From positions 7,277 through 71,276 of the IMG/VR virus record IMGVR_UViG_3300030098_004514: 64,000 nucleotides of DNA, one strand, 5' to 3'. Shown here piece by piece: positions 40,001 to 48,193 of this stretch. Every line of letters begins with the position of its first letter. Position 1 is the stretch's first letter. Origin of the DNA: a virus. A program made the translations under genes and the position numbers. The notes beneath the pieces were generated by a model. The model was given only the letters and a program-made list of their open reading frames with translations. It had not been told where the DNA came from and did not search any database.

Positions 40001-42433
40001 ACCTCGCGTAGTGGTGGTCATATAGGTATTGGTGGTCATTCTCCATTCAGCACGGCCAACACTACTAGCTATGCTACTCAGCAAATAGGTCCTGATTTAT
40101 TAAAAAATACTACTTATGGAAACGTAACTGTTAATGGGCAACCAGGTCACACGCCAAATCCTCAACCGTTAGACCACTGGATGCCTGGACTTGGCCCTGT
40201 AACTGCTAACAGTTTATCTATATTCCCGGTAGTATCTGGAGGATTAGCTAACTATCCAAAACATTATTTATTTCCTTGGTGTGCTGAATATATACCACCA
40301 ATTTCTTCTCAACTAAAACATTATAATAGTTTAACCGATGGTTTAAACGCTATGAATAATGAAGACGCGTGTGAGGCACACGATCCTTGTGATTATCAAA
40401 TTGGTGACACGGGTCCTGCTGGTGGTATTATTGTAGCTACTCCATACATGAATTGGAATCCTAGTGGTAATCCATTAACCGAAATAGTTGGCCCGTATGT
40501 TCCGCCATTACAGGGTGACGTTGTTTTAAAAAATCCTACAAATTATTATTACGAATTATCACCACAAAATTTAAACTTAACAGACTGCTCAAACAGTAGT
40601 GATGAAGTAGCACAGTGGGGTTTTGGAGGTGGTTTCTTTTTAGGTATGATAGATGTTACTACAGCTCCTGAAACCGCAGATGCATGGATCCCAGATTGGA
40701 CACTGTATGATATACCAGTTAATCTAGGTGGGGGTAGTTTATTAACTTTTACCGGTAATCCACAAGAAATGGAACTTGTTGGGCAAAGCGTCTCAATTAA
40801 TGATGCTTATAAAAACGCTGTTTATCCTGGTGGTCCTTGGTATGATCCAACATTAGGTAATGTTTACACAAGCGCTTGTACATTTGGAGTTTATAGCGCT
40901 AGTATTGGGGCTTTTAAAATGTGTTGGGATTATTATCAAGGTGGTTTTGGTGATTGGTTCTTACCAACTGTTAATGAAATGGAGTTTGCTAGAAATTATA
41001 CATTACCAGGCGCTTTATATGATTCAACTTCTGGTGGGCAATCAAGCGCGTTTGACTCTCCACAAAACAGTTTGGATACGGATGGTGATGGAATAATTGA
41101 TTATACTGGTAGTAAACATTATTGGACTTGTAATACTTATGGGCAGCTTGACAATGATCAAGTCGTAAAAGAAGACCTATTCTCATCTACAAACGTACCA
41201 TCTAGTCACGGTGCTATTTATTGTGATAATCAAGGGCTTTTTAGCGGTGGAACCACAAATCTTGATGATTATAATAATATGCATGCTTACACCGTAAGTA
41301 TGGACCCTATAATATATTCAAACCCTGCTTCAACACCTGATGATCATGGATGGAAAACAGCTACGAAAAGAGATAAAAACGCAAATGTTAGAGCTATGCG
41401 TAGATTTGAATGTGGTGAATGGACTGGCCCTGTAGATCCAGGTATTGATTATAATTTTAGGTTTGAAGCATTAGGTGGTGGGTATCCTTTTATTCCAGGT
41501 AAATGGGGAAGAATAGAATCTTCTATGGTACAAGATCCGGTTAGTTACAATTATAGTTTTCCTTGGGGAGATTACAGTGATCCTTCATATAGACATGGTT
41601 GGATAGGTGATACATATTGTACGCTTTATTCACATTTATTTGATGTTGTTGGTAACAATTGGTATCCTGCGCAATACAAAGATTGGATTATAACGGTATA
41701 TAGTCAAGACGAAATTTTATTGGGAAAATGGGTTTATGAAATGTACCATTGGACTAGTTGCAGTTTTACTTGTGATGCAATGCACATACGGATGTACTTG
41801 AAGCCTGGAGTGCCGCAATCACCACCTATTGATCTATGGAACCATACTAACACGCAGTATCATTTCTCAGATGATCAAGTAATTTTTACTGGTCCTCCAG
41901 CATGGGGAAATTACGCTACGCATGATCCTACTAATGAATACAAATATATAAAAGTCGAGGTCAAAGAGCCTACCTACTCGTTCCCTAATACGTTTGGTAA
42001 TACATTAAATCTAATGGATCACCTAGGTAGTGGTATAAATAGAAGAGTTTTACCTGGCCAACCAACTAATATCATGTGGCCTAAGGTTTGCTTAGATCCT
42101 TTTTGCCCTCCTCCAAATGCTCAATGGCAAAGTTGTGTTAAGATGTTTTCGGAAGTACCATTAAATCCTATGCTAACATCTTGTAATATGGGATCTTTCC
42201 CAATGGATTGGTGTGGAACAAACCCTCCTTCAGCAAATAAAGAAGGTGTAAGATTAGATATTAAACCTGGTAAAAATGAATGTTTAATATCTAACGAAGA
42301 AGAAATAGAAAAAGAATTAAAGGATGCTGATCTTCAAAAAGAAATTAGGGAAGCGCAAGAAGAAAAAATAAAAGCAATTGAAGAAAATAAAAAACTGAAA
42401 AATATAGAAGAAAATGATAAGCGAACATATTAG
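37073..42433 (+). CDS. Large Pro/Gly/Trp-rich adhesin or fiber with two DUF1566 (Lcl C-type-lectin)-like modules
   Basis: 1786 aa with duplicated DPCxYQIGD..G.GG.I, WFLP(S/T)xxE, YWT and VR.(I/M)RRF motifs. Confidence 0.6.
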   Translation: MKKYTAFDEIIDHKGDLIKIEKSFNVDNAIINGGDSNPINTPCYAVGSPTCNCNPRIGHTFKVTGVKVNGIWFQSSFATLQPPTNPGPFSSDPCPNMQMEGVVLFSDFNNPLNPPQPWWNPGSIPPDPWHDFAWNTHATFHHIYGGGSQVSNPWEDAFYNRICQQVGWTQLTVGQKFSGTLGVHPMAQPGQPPGIHASWALSSGLIPWQDFAAAGIDWSGLTQPPYNNHDWITDICFEYTGYQLAWHRYPLFFDNFSTSSCLNIVDNDDNDDPCKYQIGDISDPTFGGAGGMIFALPNTPQNPTPYFYEVALDDLSTGNHPLEHNQTHIADPNITAEDNCGHIATTPIQHTFNCPWQAPIDTNIPNNMCRWGYGPGSFQPSITSPPGINTPTGVNVGDPIQALGSSQNQLYPPGTIIDDIIYIPAAAVNTLMVVGGVVVNLTALPYDSYLFLFSNSTVPTVPPFSQPIKILDTGGTPQQAGPFSQTGAEWGAWGEYLQFLSTDFGTGHLNTQHIVTWPAQPVWGTHDVAAELCANHQAFGPNERWFLPSLDEFELMYHMVGPNTSFASITNLYGQIEDMSDTYWTSSDNVDGGPGGGAGFHYAFAYNVTQPPYPAIPITPNPPGPVMAQRCSALSVRPIRRFKCVVPEPMPEEAYMWCDAFVKERGVTNSQNFQAKFTNYYSPGACGSGWGYFDSNDFTLTNYNGPLDTTIFRSEATIGGYKFTWQIASTDAGGNLWDLSDFDDANNPDGYTIKLWEADGTYLGTWHYQNVVSVNRVSNWMTQTAAQGQPAYMGWHDRIPQPDNPNAWTSKNFPDKISVEFENVTHIDGPYQIVNYGYSRERNPAYPLNNYPGAPWQDGHDVWRIFNSTGAPNGWSGIGYQNSIDLMSDFSNTATVHHTNYFNEYYEEAWGGWTCSFAFIQLNCDTAMAKLNAGGGVGNVSTGVNTVYQQKHVVCLKKPFTDLRYYANQFNHPQYLTSRSGGHIGIGGHSPFSTANTTSYATQQIGPDLLKNTTYGNVTVNGQPGHTPNPQPLDHWMPGLGPVTANSLSIFPVVSGGLANYPKHYLFPWCAEYIPPISSQLKHYNSLTDGLNAMNNEDACEAHDPCDYQIGDTGPAGGIIVATPYMNWNPSGNPLTEIVGPYVPPLQGDVVLKNPTNYYYELSPQNLNLTDCSNSSDEVAQWGFGGGFFLGMIDVTTAPETADAWIPDWTLYDIPVNLGGGSLLTFTGNPQEMELVGQSVSINDAYKNAVYPGGPWYDPTLGNVYTSACTFGVYSASIGAFKMCWDYYQGGFGDWFLPTVNEMEFARNYTLPGALYDSTSGGQSSAFDSPQNSLDTDGDGIIDYTGSKHYWTCNTYGQLDNDQVVKEDLFSSTNVPSSHGAIYCDNQGLFSGGTTNLDDYNNMHAYTVSMDPIIYSNPASTPDDHGWKTATKRDKNANVRAMRRFECGEWTGPVDPGIDYNFRFEALGGGYPFIPGKWGRIESSMVQDPVSYNYSFPWGDYSDPSYRHGWIGDTYCTLYSHLFDVVGNNWYPAQYKDWIITVYSQDEILLGKWVYEMYHWTSCSFTCDAMHIRMYLKPGVPQSPPIDLWNHTNTQYHFSDDQVIFTGPPAWGNYATHDPTNEYKYIKVEVKEPTYSFPNTFGNTLNLMDHLGSGINRRVLPGQPTNIMWPKVCLDPFCPPPNAQWQSCVKMFSEVPLNPMLTSCNMGSFPMDWCGTNPPSANKEGVRLDIKPGKNECLISNEEEIEKELKDADLQKEIREAQEEKIKAIEENKKLKNIEENDKRTY

Positions 42434-42869
42434 TTATAAAGAAGGTGTGTATAGCACAACCGCTTTGCGTAGGGGTATAGATAATACGCCTGATGACAAG
42501 CAATTAGAATGTATGGAATTAATTGCAGAAGAAATATTTGAGCCGTTAAGAGCGTATGTTGGAGGTCCTATTAAAATTAATAGTTTTTTTAGATCACCAG
42601 AACTTAACACAGCTATTGGCGGGTCTAAAACATCACAACATTGTAAGGGCCAAGCTATGGATATAGATGATACTTACGGTAAGATGACTAACGCTGAAAT
42701 GTATCATTGGATAAAAGAGAATTTAGATTTCGATCAAATGATCTGGGAATTTGGAAATGATGACAACCCTGCTTGGGTTCATGTTAGTTATGTGTCACCT
42801 GAAAAAAATAGAAATAGATGTTTAAAAGCTTACAAAAAAAATGGAAAAACAAAATACACTGTTATTTAA
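42414..42869 (+). CDS. Peptidase M15 family endolysin
   Basis: INSFFRSPELN.AIGGSKTSQHCKGQAMDI and WVHVSY give the Zn ligands His, Asp and His. Confidence 0.85.
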   Translation: MISEHISYKEGVYSTTALRRGIDNTPDDKQLECMELIAEEIFEPLRAYVGGPIKINSFFRSPELNTAIGGSKTSQHCKGQAMDIDDTYGKMTNAEMYHWIKENLDFDQMIWEFGNDDNPAWVHVSYVSPEKNRNRCLKAYKKNGKTKYTVI

Positions 42870-42914
42870 AATTTAATATAGAAATTAAAGATAAAGATTT
42901 AGCAACGTGGATAT

Positions 42915-42949
42915 AAAAAAAAGGGGACAACTTTCGTTATCCCCTTTTC
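42915..42949. terminator. Bidirectional terminator between the convergent arms
   Basis: A8-GGGGACAAC-TTTC-GTTATCCCC-TTTT. Confidence 0.85.
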
Positions 42950-42963
42950 ACTTTAAGAATGTT

Positions 42964-43158
42964 CTAGAACTGAGCGTTTTTTTGATCTTGCACTTCAACC
43001 CTAACTTCTTGGGCTAGAGACTTTATAGTCTGCATAGCTTTTCTTACCCGCGTTCCAGCGGAATTATTTCCTTCTATAAATTTTGTTACATCAGATTGAC
43101 AATCGTTAATTGTGTCTTGCAACTTATCATACAAGGTATCTAATTGATTAAAACTCAT
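42964..43158 (-). CDS. Histone H1-like (Hc1-family) nucleoid protein
   Basis: EGNNSAGTRVRKAMQTIK matches the GNxxAGTRxRK motif of Bacteroidota/Chlamydia Hc1 N-terminal domains. Confidence 0.75.
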   Translation of the reverse strand: MSFNQLDTLYDKLQDTINDCQSDVTKFIEGNNSAGTRVRKAMQTIKSLAQEVRVEVQDQKNAQF

Positions 43159-43179
43159 ATTTAATTTAATTTAATTTAT

Positions 43180-43425
43180 TTAATATTTACATTTACTATT
43201 ATCACAACACATAAAGAAGTATACGACAAATAATAAAGTTATAAGTCCTACAAATCCAGCGCTACCAAAAGCTGTTATCATCGCCATTAAATTTCCTATA
43301 AAATCAATACCGAATACAACTTCACCGGTTAATAATGTCCACAAAATAGTAACAGGAATTATAGCCATCATAATACATACTAAGCCTTTAAAAAATCCCG
43401 TTATATAGTTAATCACTTTTTCCAT
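43180..43425 (-). CDS. Small membrane protein (2 TM)
   Basis: Two hydrophobic segments in 81 aa. Confidence 0.55.
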   Translation of the reverse strand: MEKVINYITGFFKGLVCIMMAIIPVTILWTLLTGEVVFGIDFIGNLMAMITAFGSAGFVGLITLLFVVYFFMCCDNSKCKY

Positions 43426-43447
43426 TGTTATTTTTTTTAGTTAATAA

Positions 43448-43864
43448 TTAAAACTTGTAAGATATGCTCAAATTAAACTTACCTTCTCTTTCGCCATCTT
43501 CATCTTCCTCTAAAGGCATTGTAAAGTTTGGATCAACGTATAATCCCCTCCAAACATTCCAAGAATAACCAATACCAACGTCTAACCTATCAATTACTTC
43601 TTTTGTTTCAGAATCATAATTATACACGCATGTACCCCAAATTCCATTCATTAACTCGTAACGACCTAATATCTCATATTTATCTTCACCATCAGCAGTG
43701 GCTCCAATCATGAGCTTTTCATTTACTTGATAACCAATACCTATTTTTTCTGTAACTGACCAAGCTGAATCAGCATTTTCAGTAACCGTTGTTAATACAG
43801 AAAATTGGGCAGAAGCTACTATTGTACTAAAAGCTAAGGCCATTGTTAAAAATAATTTATTCAT
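43448..43864 (-). CDS. Small outer-membrane beta-barrel protein
   Basis: Signal peptide ending ASA-Q, GIGY strands, and C-terminal FNLSISYKF. Confidence 0.65.
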   Translation of the reverse strand: MNKLFLTMALAFSTIVASAQFSVLTTVTENADSAWSVTEKIGIGYQVNEKLMIGATADGEDKYEILGRYELMNGIWGTCVYNYDSETKEVIDRLDVGIGYSWNVWRGLYVDPNFTMPLEEDEDGEREGKFNLSISYKF

Positions 43865-43879
43865 AATAATTTGTTTTTG

Positions 43880-44638
43880 TTATAGGCTTGTTATTTCGCA
43901 GACTCCACCGGCACAAGCCAATTCACCCGATAGATCTGTTTCGTCAGTTGTTTCAACAATATTAGATAAATTCACATCGTTTAAGAGTTTGACTCTCTTA
44001 TTGAACTCTCTTTCTGTTATATCTTCAAACGGAGCTTGAGTATAGGTTCCGCCATCATAAGGTAATACAGATAAACCATTATAGCACTCTCTATTTTCCC
44101 ACATCCATTTACCAGCTTTATTCCATTCGTCTTCTTTCAAACTAATTGTTGCAGACACGTTGTGGGTGTTGGATCCTTTACGGTGCCCAGGTTTAACCCA
44201 TTCAGTTGCAACTTTTTTAACTCTTTTTAATAAGTCGAAAGCAGACTCAGTTCTTAATATAGAACCTTTTGGCGCTGATTGTGGTATTTCAATAACAGCA
44301 GTGTCATGTGGTCTAAAGTATTCATCCTGTACTAAGTCAGGATTGTTTTCTTTTAAATATCTATATATAGGTTCATTCTTGCCTACACGTAATCTTCTGA
44401 TATAAAAGTCATTATGCCAAGCGTGTATACCTGAAGACGTGCCAAGTACTAACGAAGTTGTTCCAGCGGGTTTAACACATGTTGTTCTTGCTGCTTTGTT
44501 TATTCCTATTAACTTCGCTACTCTTGTATTTTCTCTTTTTACTATACTTGCAGCTGCCTTCATATCCAGCGGGAGCACAGCGGCACTCGCGATTCCTGTC
44601 ATTGACACACCTATAAGCGCGTCTTTCTCTGTTGCCAT
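43880..44638 (-). CDS. nrdJ: Class II (B12) ribonucleotide reductase, C-terminal part
   Basis: TEKDALIGVSMTGI, TTCVKPAGTTS, HNVSAT and C-terminal ACAGGVCEI. It is out of frame with the N-terminal part. Confidence 0.8.
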   Translation of the reverse strand: MATEKDALIGVSMTGIASAAVLPLDMKAAASIVKRENTRVAKLIGINKAARTTCVKPAGTTSLVLGTSSGIHAWHNDFYIRRLRVGKNEPIYRYLKENNPDLVQDEYFRPHDTAVIEIPQSAPKGSILRTESAFDLLKRVKKVATEWVKPGHRKGSNTHNVSATISLKEDEWNKAGKWMWENRECYNGLSVLPYDGGTYTQAPFEDITEREFNKRVKLLNDVNLSNIVETTDETDLSGELACAGGVCEITSL

Positions 44639-45747
44639 ATTTCTCTTAGATAGTGGAATTCCGTATAACCTGCTTGAAGCGTGCCAATAAAAGCTGCGGC
44701 TTTAACGCGGGCGTTAAGGTCTTCTTGGTCTGTGACGTCACTTACATTAACTTCACACAGGTTACAGAACTGATAAGGTCTTAAAGCTATTTCGCAACAC
44801 GGATTAGTTCCCCAATCTTTATCATGGTTAAAATAGATACCTGGTTCACCAGCTCCGGATAATTCAATACGTTTCCACAAATCTAAGAAAAATTCCTTTG
44901 TTATTTTATGTCTCATTAATACAGCAGAGTTATTAGCTCTACCTCTTTGTGGGTTCTTTTCCCACCAACTTCCTGATTTACACGAAATCATTTCTTCATC
45001 ATATGCTGAGAATAAACTTATTAAAGCAGCTCTTCTAATACCGCCTGCAAGTACAGCGTCAGCAATATGACAAATAATATCGTGTACTTCGAGGGTCGAT
45101 AATTTTGTTCCATCTTCTTTCGCATCTAATATTCCTTTAATTTTTACTAAACATTCTTTTAATGGTTGTGGCCCTGGAGCTTTTCCCCCTGAAGTCACAA
45201 GCCTTGCACCCTTTGGCCTAATATCCGAATAATCAAATTTTATCTTAGATGATCTCTTATTGCCTAAATAAGACTTAATTAAAACTTTTATTGAATCAGA
45301 CCAACCTTCAATACTATCACCTATAACAAACCTTCTAGTTCTACCTTGGAAAGGTTTTGTTATGCAGGGAAGTAAATTAGTATGGTGTTTTTGCACTGAA
45401 TAACCAACCCCACAACCAGAGAGAAGAAGAAACATGCATTCACTAAAGCTATCAACATGATCAATAGGTAAGTAAGAACAGTTGTATAATCTATTCGGAC
45501 TAATTTCAATTGGTTTGCCACTAAATTGTAACGAGCGCATACTTGGCAATACTTTTTTATCATAGACATATTTATAATTTAATTGTATTTGATCAGATAA
45601 TTCCGGATATCTTTTTTGATGCATCTCTTTGTTTCTAGTAACTAGCTCTTCCCAAGTCTCTCTTCTATTTAATTCAGGAATGTATTTAGCGTATTTCATA
45701 TGCACGGTTAAATCAGATAATATTTTTTTATTTAAATCGCTAATCAT
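44611..45747 (-). CDS. nrdJ: Class II (B12) ribonucleotide reductase, N-terminal part
   Basis: RRETWEE, LPSMRSLQF, YNCSY, GGIRRAALI and GTNPCCEI (thiyl Cys). It ends shortly after HYLREIWQ. Confidence 0.85.
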   Translation of the reverse strand: MISDLNKKILSDLTVHMKYAKYIPELNRRETWEELVTRNKEMHQKRYPELSDQIQLNYKYVYDKKVLPSMRSLQFSGKPIEISPNRLYNCSYLPIDHVDSFSECMFLLLSGCGVGYSVQKHHTNLLPCITKPFQGRTRRFVIGDSIEGWSDSIKVLIKSYLGNKRSSKIKFDYSDIRPKGARLVTSGGKAPGPQPLKECLVKIKGILDAKEDGTKLSTLEVHDIICHIADAVLAGGIRRAALISLFSAYDEEMISCKSGSWWEKNPQRGRANNSAVLMRHKITKEFFLDLWKRIELSGAGEPGIYFNHDKDWGTNPCCEIALRPYQFCNLCEVNVSDVTDQEDLNARVKAAAFIGTLQAGYTEFHYLREIWQQRKTRL

Positions 45748-45752
45748 TTATT

Positions 45753-46199
45753 TTATTTATTTTTAGTTATTAATTCTATTACTTTATCACATTCCTTTTG
45801 GTTTTGAGGTTTATATAAAGTCACATGTTTTAAGTTATCATTTACATATTTTTTAAACATTTTCCATCGCATTGGAAAACTTTCATTAGCTCTACCTTTG
45901 CATTCAATTATAAATGAATCACTTACAAAGTCAGGTGTATATTTAATATTTAAAATCTTTTTTTGACCTCTATTCACCATATCACCCTTACCATTGCTTT
46001 GCCTTTCGAATGAATCAACTTTAAAATTAAATGCTTTTTGTAATATATATGTTTGTCCTTCATATAAAGCTTTAATTTTTGCTTTTTTTAAAGCTTGGTA
46101 CATATATTTTTCTAAACCAGAAGCGAATGTGATCCCGTCAAATGTAACTTTCTTAGATCTAACGGGACCTTTTTTTCGTTTATATTTCTTCCTCATCAT
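45753..46199 (-). CDS. T7 endonuclease I-like PD-(D/E)XK nuclease or resolvase
   Basis: FASGLE, YTPDF and IIECKG. Start placed at MMRKK (46199). Confidence 0.75.
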   Translation of the reverse strand: MMRKKYKRKKGPVRSKKVTFDGITFASGLEKYMYQALKKAKIKALYEGQTYILQKAFNFKVDSFERQSNGKGDMVNRGQKKILNIKYTPDFVSDSFIIECKGRANESFPMRWKMFKKYVNDNLKHVTLYKPQNQKECDKVIELITKNK

Positions 46200-46491
46200 A
46201 TCTAAACTTATCAATTAAAGCCTCTTCAGACAAATCACGAAGCTCTTCACGCGCGGTTTGTATGTATAGCACAGCATCCATAAGTTCTTCTTGTATATCA
46301 TTTAAATAACCTTGAAGATTTTTTATATTAAACCTACGCTCGTCATCTAATGTTGATCCATATTTTTCATAACCAACATCGGATCGTTTAACAAATTTAT
46401 CAACTACATTTTTAACCACTGGGTCACGAAAGCCATAAGACTCTCTACACATAATACCATTTTTACCGTCCATTATTTCTCTATCGCTCAT
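46180..46491 (-). CDS. All-alpha NTP pyrophosphohydrolase-like protein
   Basis: RSDVGYEKYGSTL...IQEELMDAVLY. Start placed at MSDRE, next to the upstream stop. Confidence 0.55.
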   Translation of the reverse strand: MSDREIMDGKNGIMCRESYGFRDPVVKNVVDKFVKRSDVGYEKYGSTLDDERRFNIKNLQGYLNDIQEELMDAVLYIQTAREELRDLSEEALIDKFRYDEEEI

Positions 46492-46492
46492 A

Positions 46493-47290
46493 TTAATCTT
46501 TTTTAAATGTTCCATTACTCATTTTACCTGTTCTATTTTTAATCTCGTTATAAGCAAGATCAATACAGTCTTCAATACTAGTACCAGCAAGTTCTGCTAA
46601 ATTTGTTAACACAACTACACAATCACCAATACCATCCATTGTGGCTTGTTTATCGACTTTAAGTACAGCTCTACATATTTCACCGGCTTCTTCCATTAAT
46701 TTTAACGTTTGTGTTTTTGTGTCACCGCCACTATATAAACCTCTTTCATTGGCCCACATTCTGATCTTGTCAAATCTACACATTGTTTCACAAGTTTTAT
46801 TGTGATCAGTCATGATACCACCTGTTCTAGGATATGCATTATTATTATCAAACCACCTAGCAAATGCCTTGTTATATATATAAGATCTTTCTTTGTTATA
46901 TTTAGATATTTGTACGTTGTTTAATATCCATTTTATAGACTCATCCGTTATTACACAAGAGCCGTGTTCTGTTTCCCATGACATACCTATATTATCCATA
47001 AGTTGTCCTTTTAATTTATTCATTGGGCACGGAAATGTTGTTGTTTGTTCTGTTACGTTTATATTCATATTATTATTAAATTTAAGTTCACTATATAATA
47101 CTTCGTCTACCTTGTAGCCGTAGCATTTTTGCATTATTCTTTCACCCGCAGATATAAAATCTATATCTTCAGATGTTTCTATTATTTCGTATTCACCTGG
47201 ATAATACCCTTGTTGTTTGTGAACACGTTCTTCAAGATTAGTTGTTACGCCAATCTTTTTTCCTGGTATATGATATAAGTAATACGTCAT
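46493..47290 (-). CDS. mazG: MazG-like pyrophosphohydrolase with an N-terminal GIY-YIG-like segment
   Basis: C-terminal WANERGL, KLMEEAGE, DGIGDCVVVL and AYNEIKNRTG. N-terminal YYLYH..KKIGVTTNLEER. Confidence 0.7.
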   Translation of the reverse strand: MTYYLYHIPGKKIGVTTNLEERVHKQQGYYPGEYEIIETSEDIDFISAGERIMQKCYGYKVDEVLYSELKFNNNMNINVTEQTTTFPCPMNKLKGQLMDNIGMSWETEHGSCVITDESIKWILNNVQISKYNKERSYIYNKAFARWFDNNNAYPRTGGIMTDHNKTCETMCRFDKIRMWANERGLYSGGDTKTQTLKLMEEAGEICRAVLKVDKQATMDGIGDCVVVLTNLAELAGTSIEDCIDLAYNEIKNRTGKMSNGTFKKD

Positions 47291-47943
47291 ATCTTATCGT
47301 TATATAAATGCATATTATGTGCGAAATGATAATATACACCCGGTTCAATATTTAATTCATCAGAGACCATCTTTTGTAGCTTAGAAAAACAATATTGATC
47401 ATTACAAAAACCATACCAAAGATCATTACTACGCATTACAACACACATATCTAATCTATTATGTAATATTGTAAATTGAACAGCATAAGTACAAGGCGTG
47501 TCTTTTGCGTATTTGTTTATTTCTTTACCATCATAAATAGATATAGCCGCTTGCCTAGTTTCGTTATTAAAATCTAGTTGACCTATTACCTTATCAAGCT
47601 GACCATAACGTTGCCATTGCCAACCATAATTAGAGTTTACATTACCAGAGTTATCTTCCATACGTTTCCATATTTCAGGTATTTTACCGTATATCTTACC
47701 TAATTTTTCGGTACTTGGATCGCCAGATAAATACCACTGCCATTCAGCTTCAGCATAATCTTCTTTCCAGTTACGCTCTCTATTTATTATCTTGTTGTCT
47801 TGTGAGTCTGTAATATAAAACCCAACATTAAACAAGGCTTTAGTGCCTGCAAAGTCTATACCATCTTGTAATATGCGATCGTGTAAATATTCGTATGCTT
47901 CATTTGCATTTCTAAAGACTTTATTATTTATTGTGTTTATCAT
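47287..47943 (-). CDS. Thymidylate synthase-family enzyme, dCMP hydroxymethylase/methylase-like
   Basis: TRQA, DTPCT (catalytic Cys), MRSNDLWYGFCND and HNMHLY. It has Asp where ThyA has its specificity Asn. Start placed at MINT. Confidence 0.75.
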   Translation of the reverse strand: MINTINNKVFRNANEAYEYLHDRILQDGIDFAGTKALFNVGFYITDSQDNKIINRERNWKEDYAEAEWQWYLSGDPSTEKLGKIYGKIPEIWKRMEDNSGNVNSNYGWQWQRYGQLDKVIGQLDFNNETRQAAISIYDGKEINKYAKDTPCTYAVQFTILHNRLDMCVVMRSNDLWYGFCNDQYCFSKLQKMVSDELNIEPGVYYHFAHNMHLYNDKI

Positions 47944-48193
47944 AATAGTATTTATAATATTCATTAACTTTGTTGTAAACTACATCATCACTATACCGAT
48001 TAGGATCTGTGTGTGTTTTACCATTTATATTTATATCAATTTGCCACCTATTCATATCGTCTTTCCAATCAGGGCTTATACCAACACTTATTTTTTTATT
48101 TAAACACCAACCTATTATTTTCATTTCTTTAGGTTCCCATGATCTTTGGGGTGGTTTTTTACTAGGTGATCGTTGCCATTTTTTAAAAGCCAT
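47924..48193 (-). CDS. Hypothetical protein
   Basis: The MAFKKWQ start is translationally coupled (TAATG) to the primase stop. Confidence 0.55.
   Translation of the reverse strand: MAFKKWQRSPSKKPPQRSWEPKEMKIIGWCLNKKISVGISPDWKDDMNRWQIDININGKTHTDPNRYSDDVVYNKVNEYYKYYYDKHNK

Noticed and set aside
2019-41186. Many short antisense or nested ORFs in the track (for example 25172-25552, 27314-27706, 14830-15126, 37278-37586)
   Set aside because: They are shadows of long genes with no recognisable motifs or initiation context.
37073-42433. Diversity-generating retroelement targeting the lectin-like domains
   Set aside because: No reverse transcriptase and no near-identical VR/TR pair differing at adenines was seen in the window.
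44611-44638. Intron or intein at the RNR break
   Set aside because: There is no inserted sequence. The halves overlap, which points to a small deletion or frameshift.
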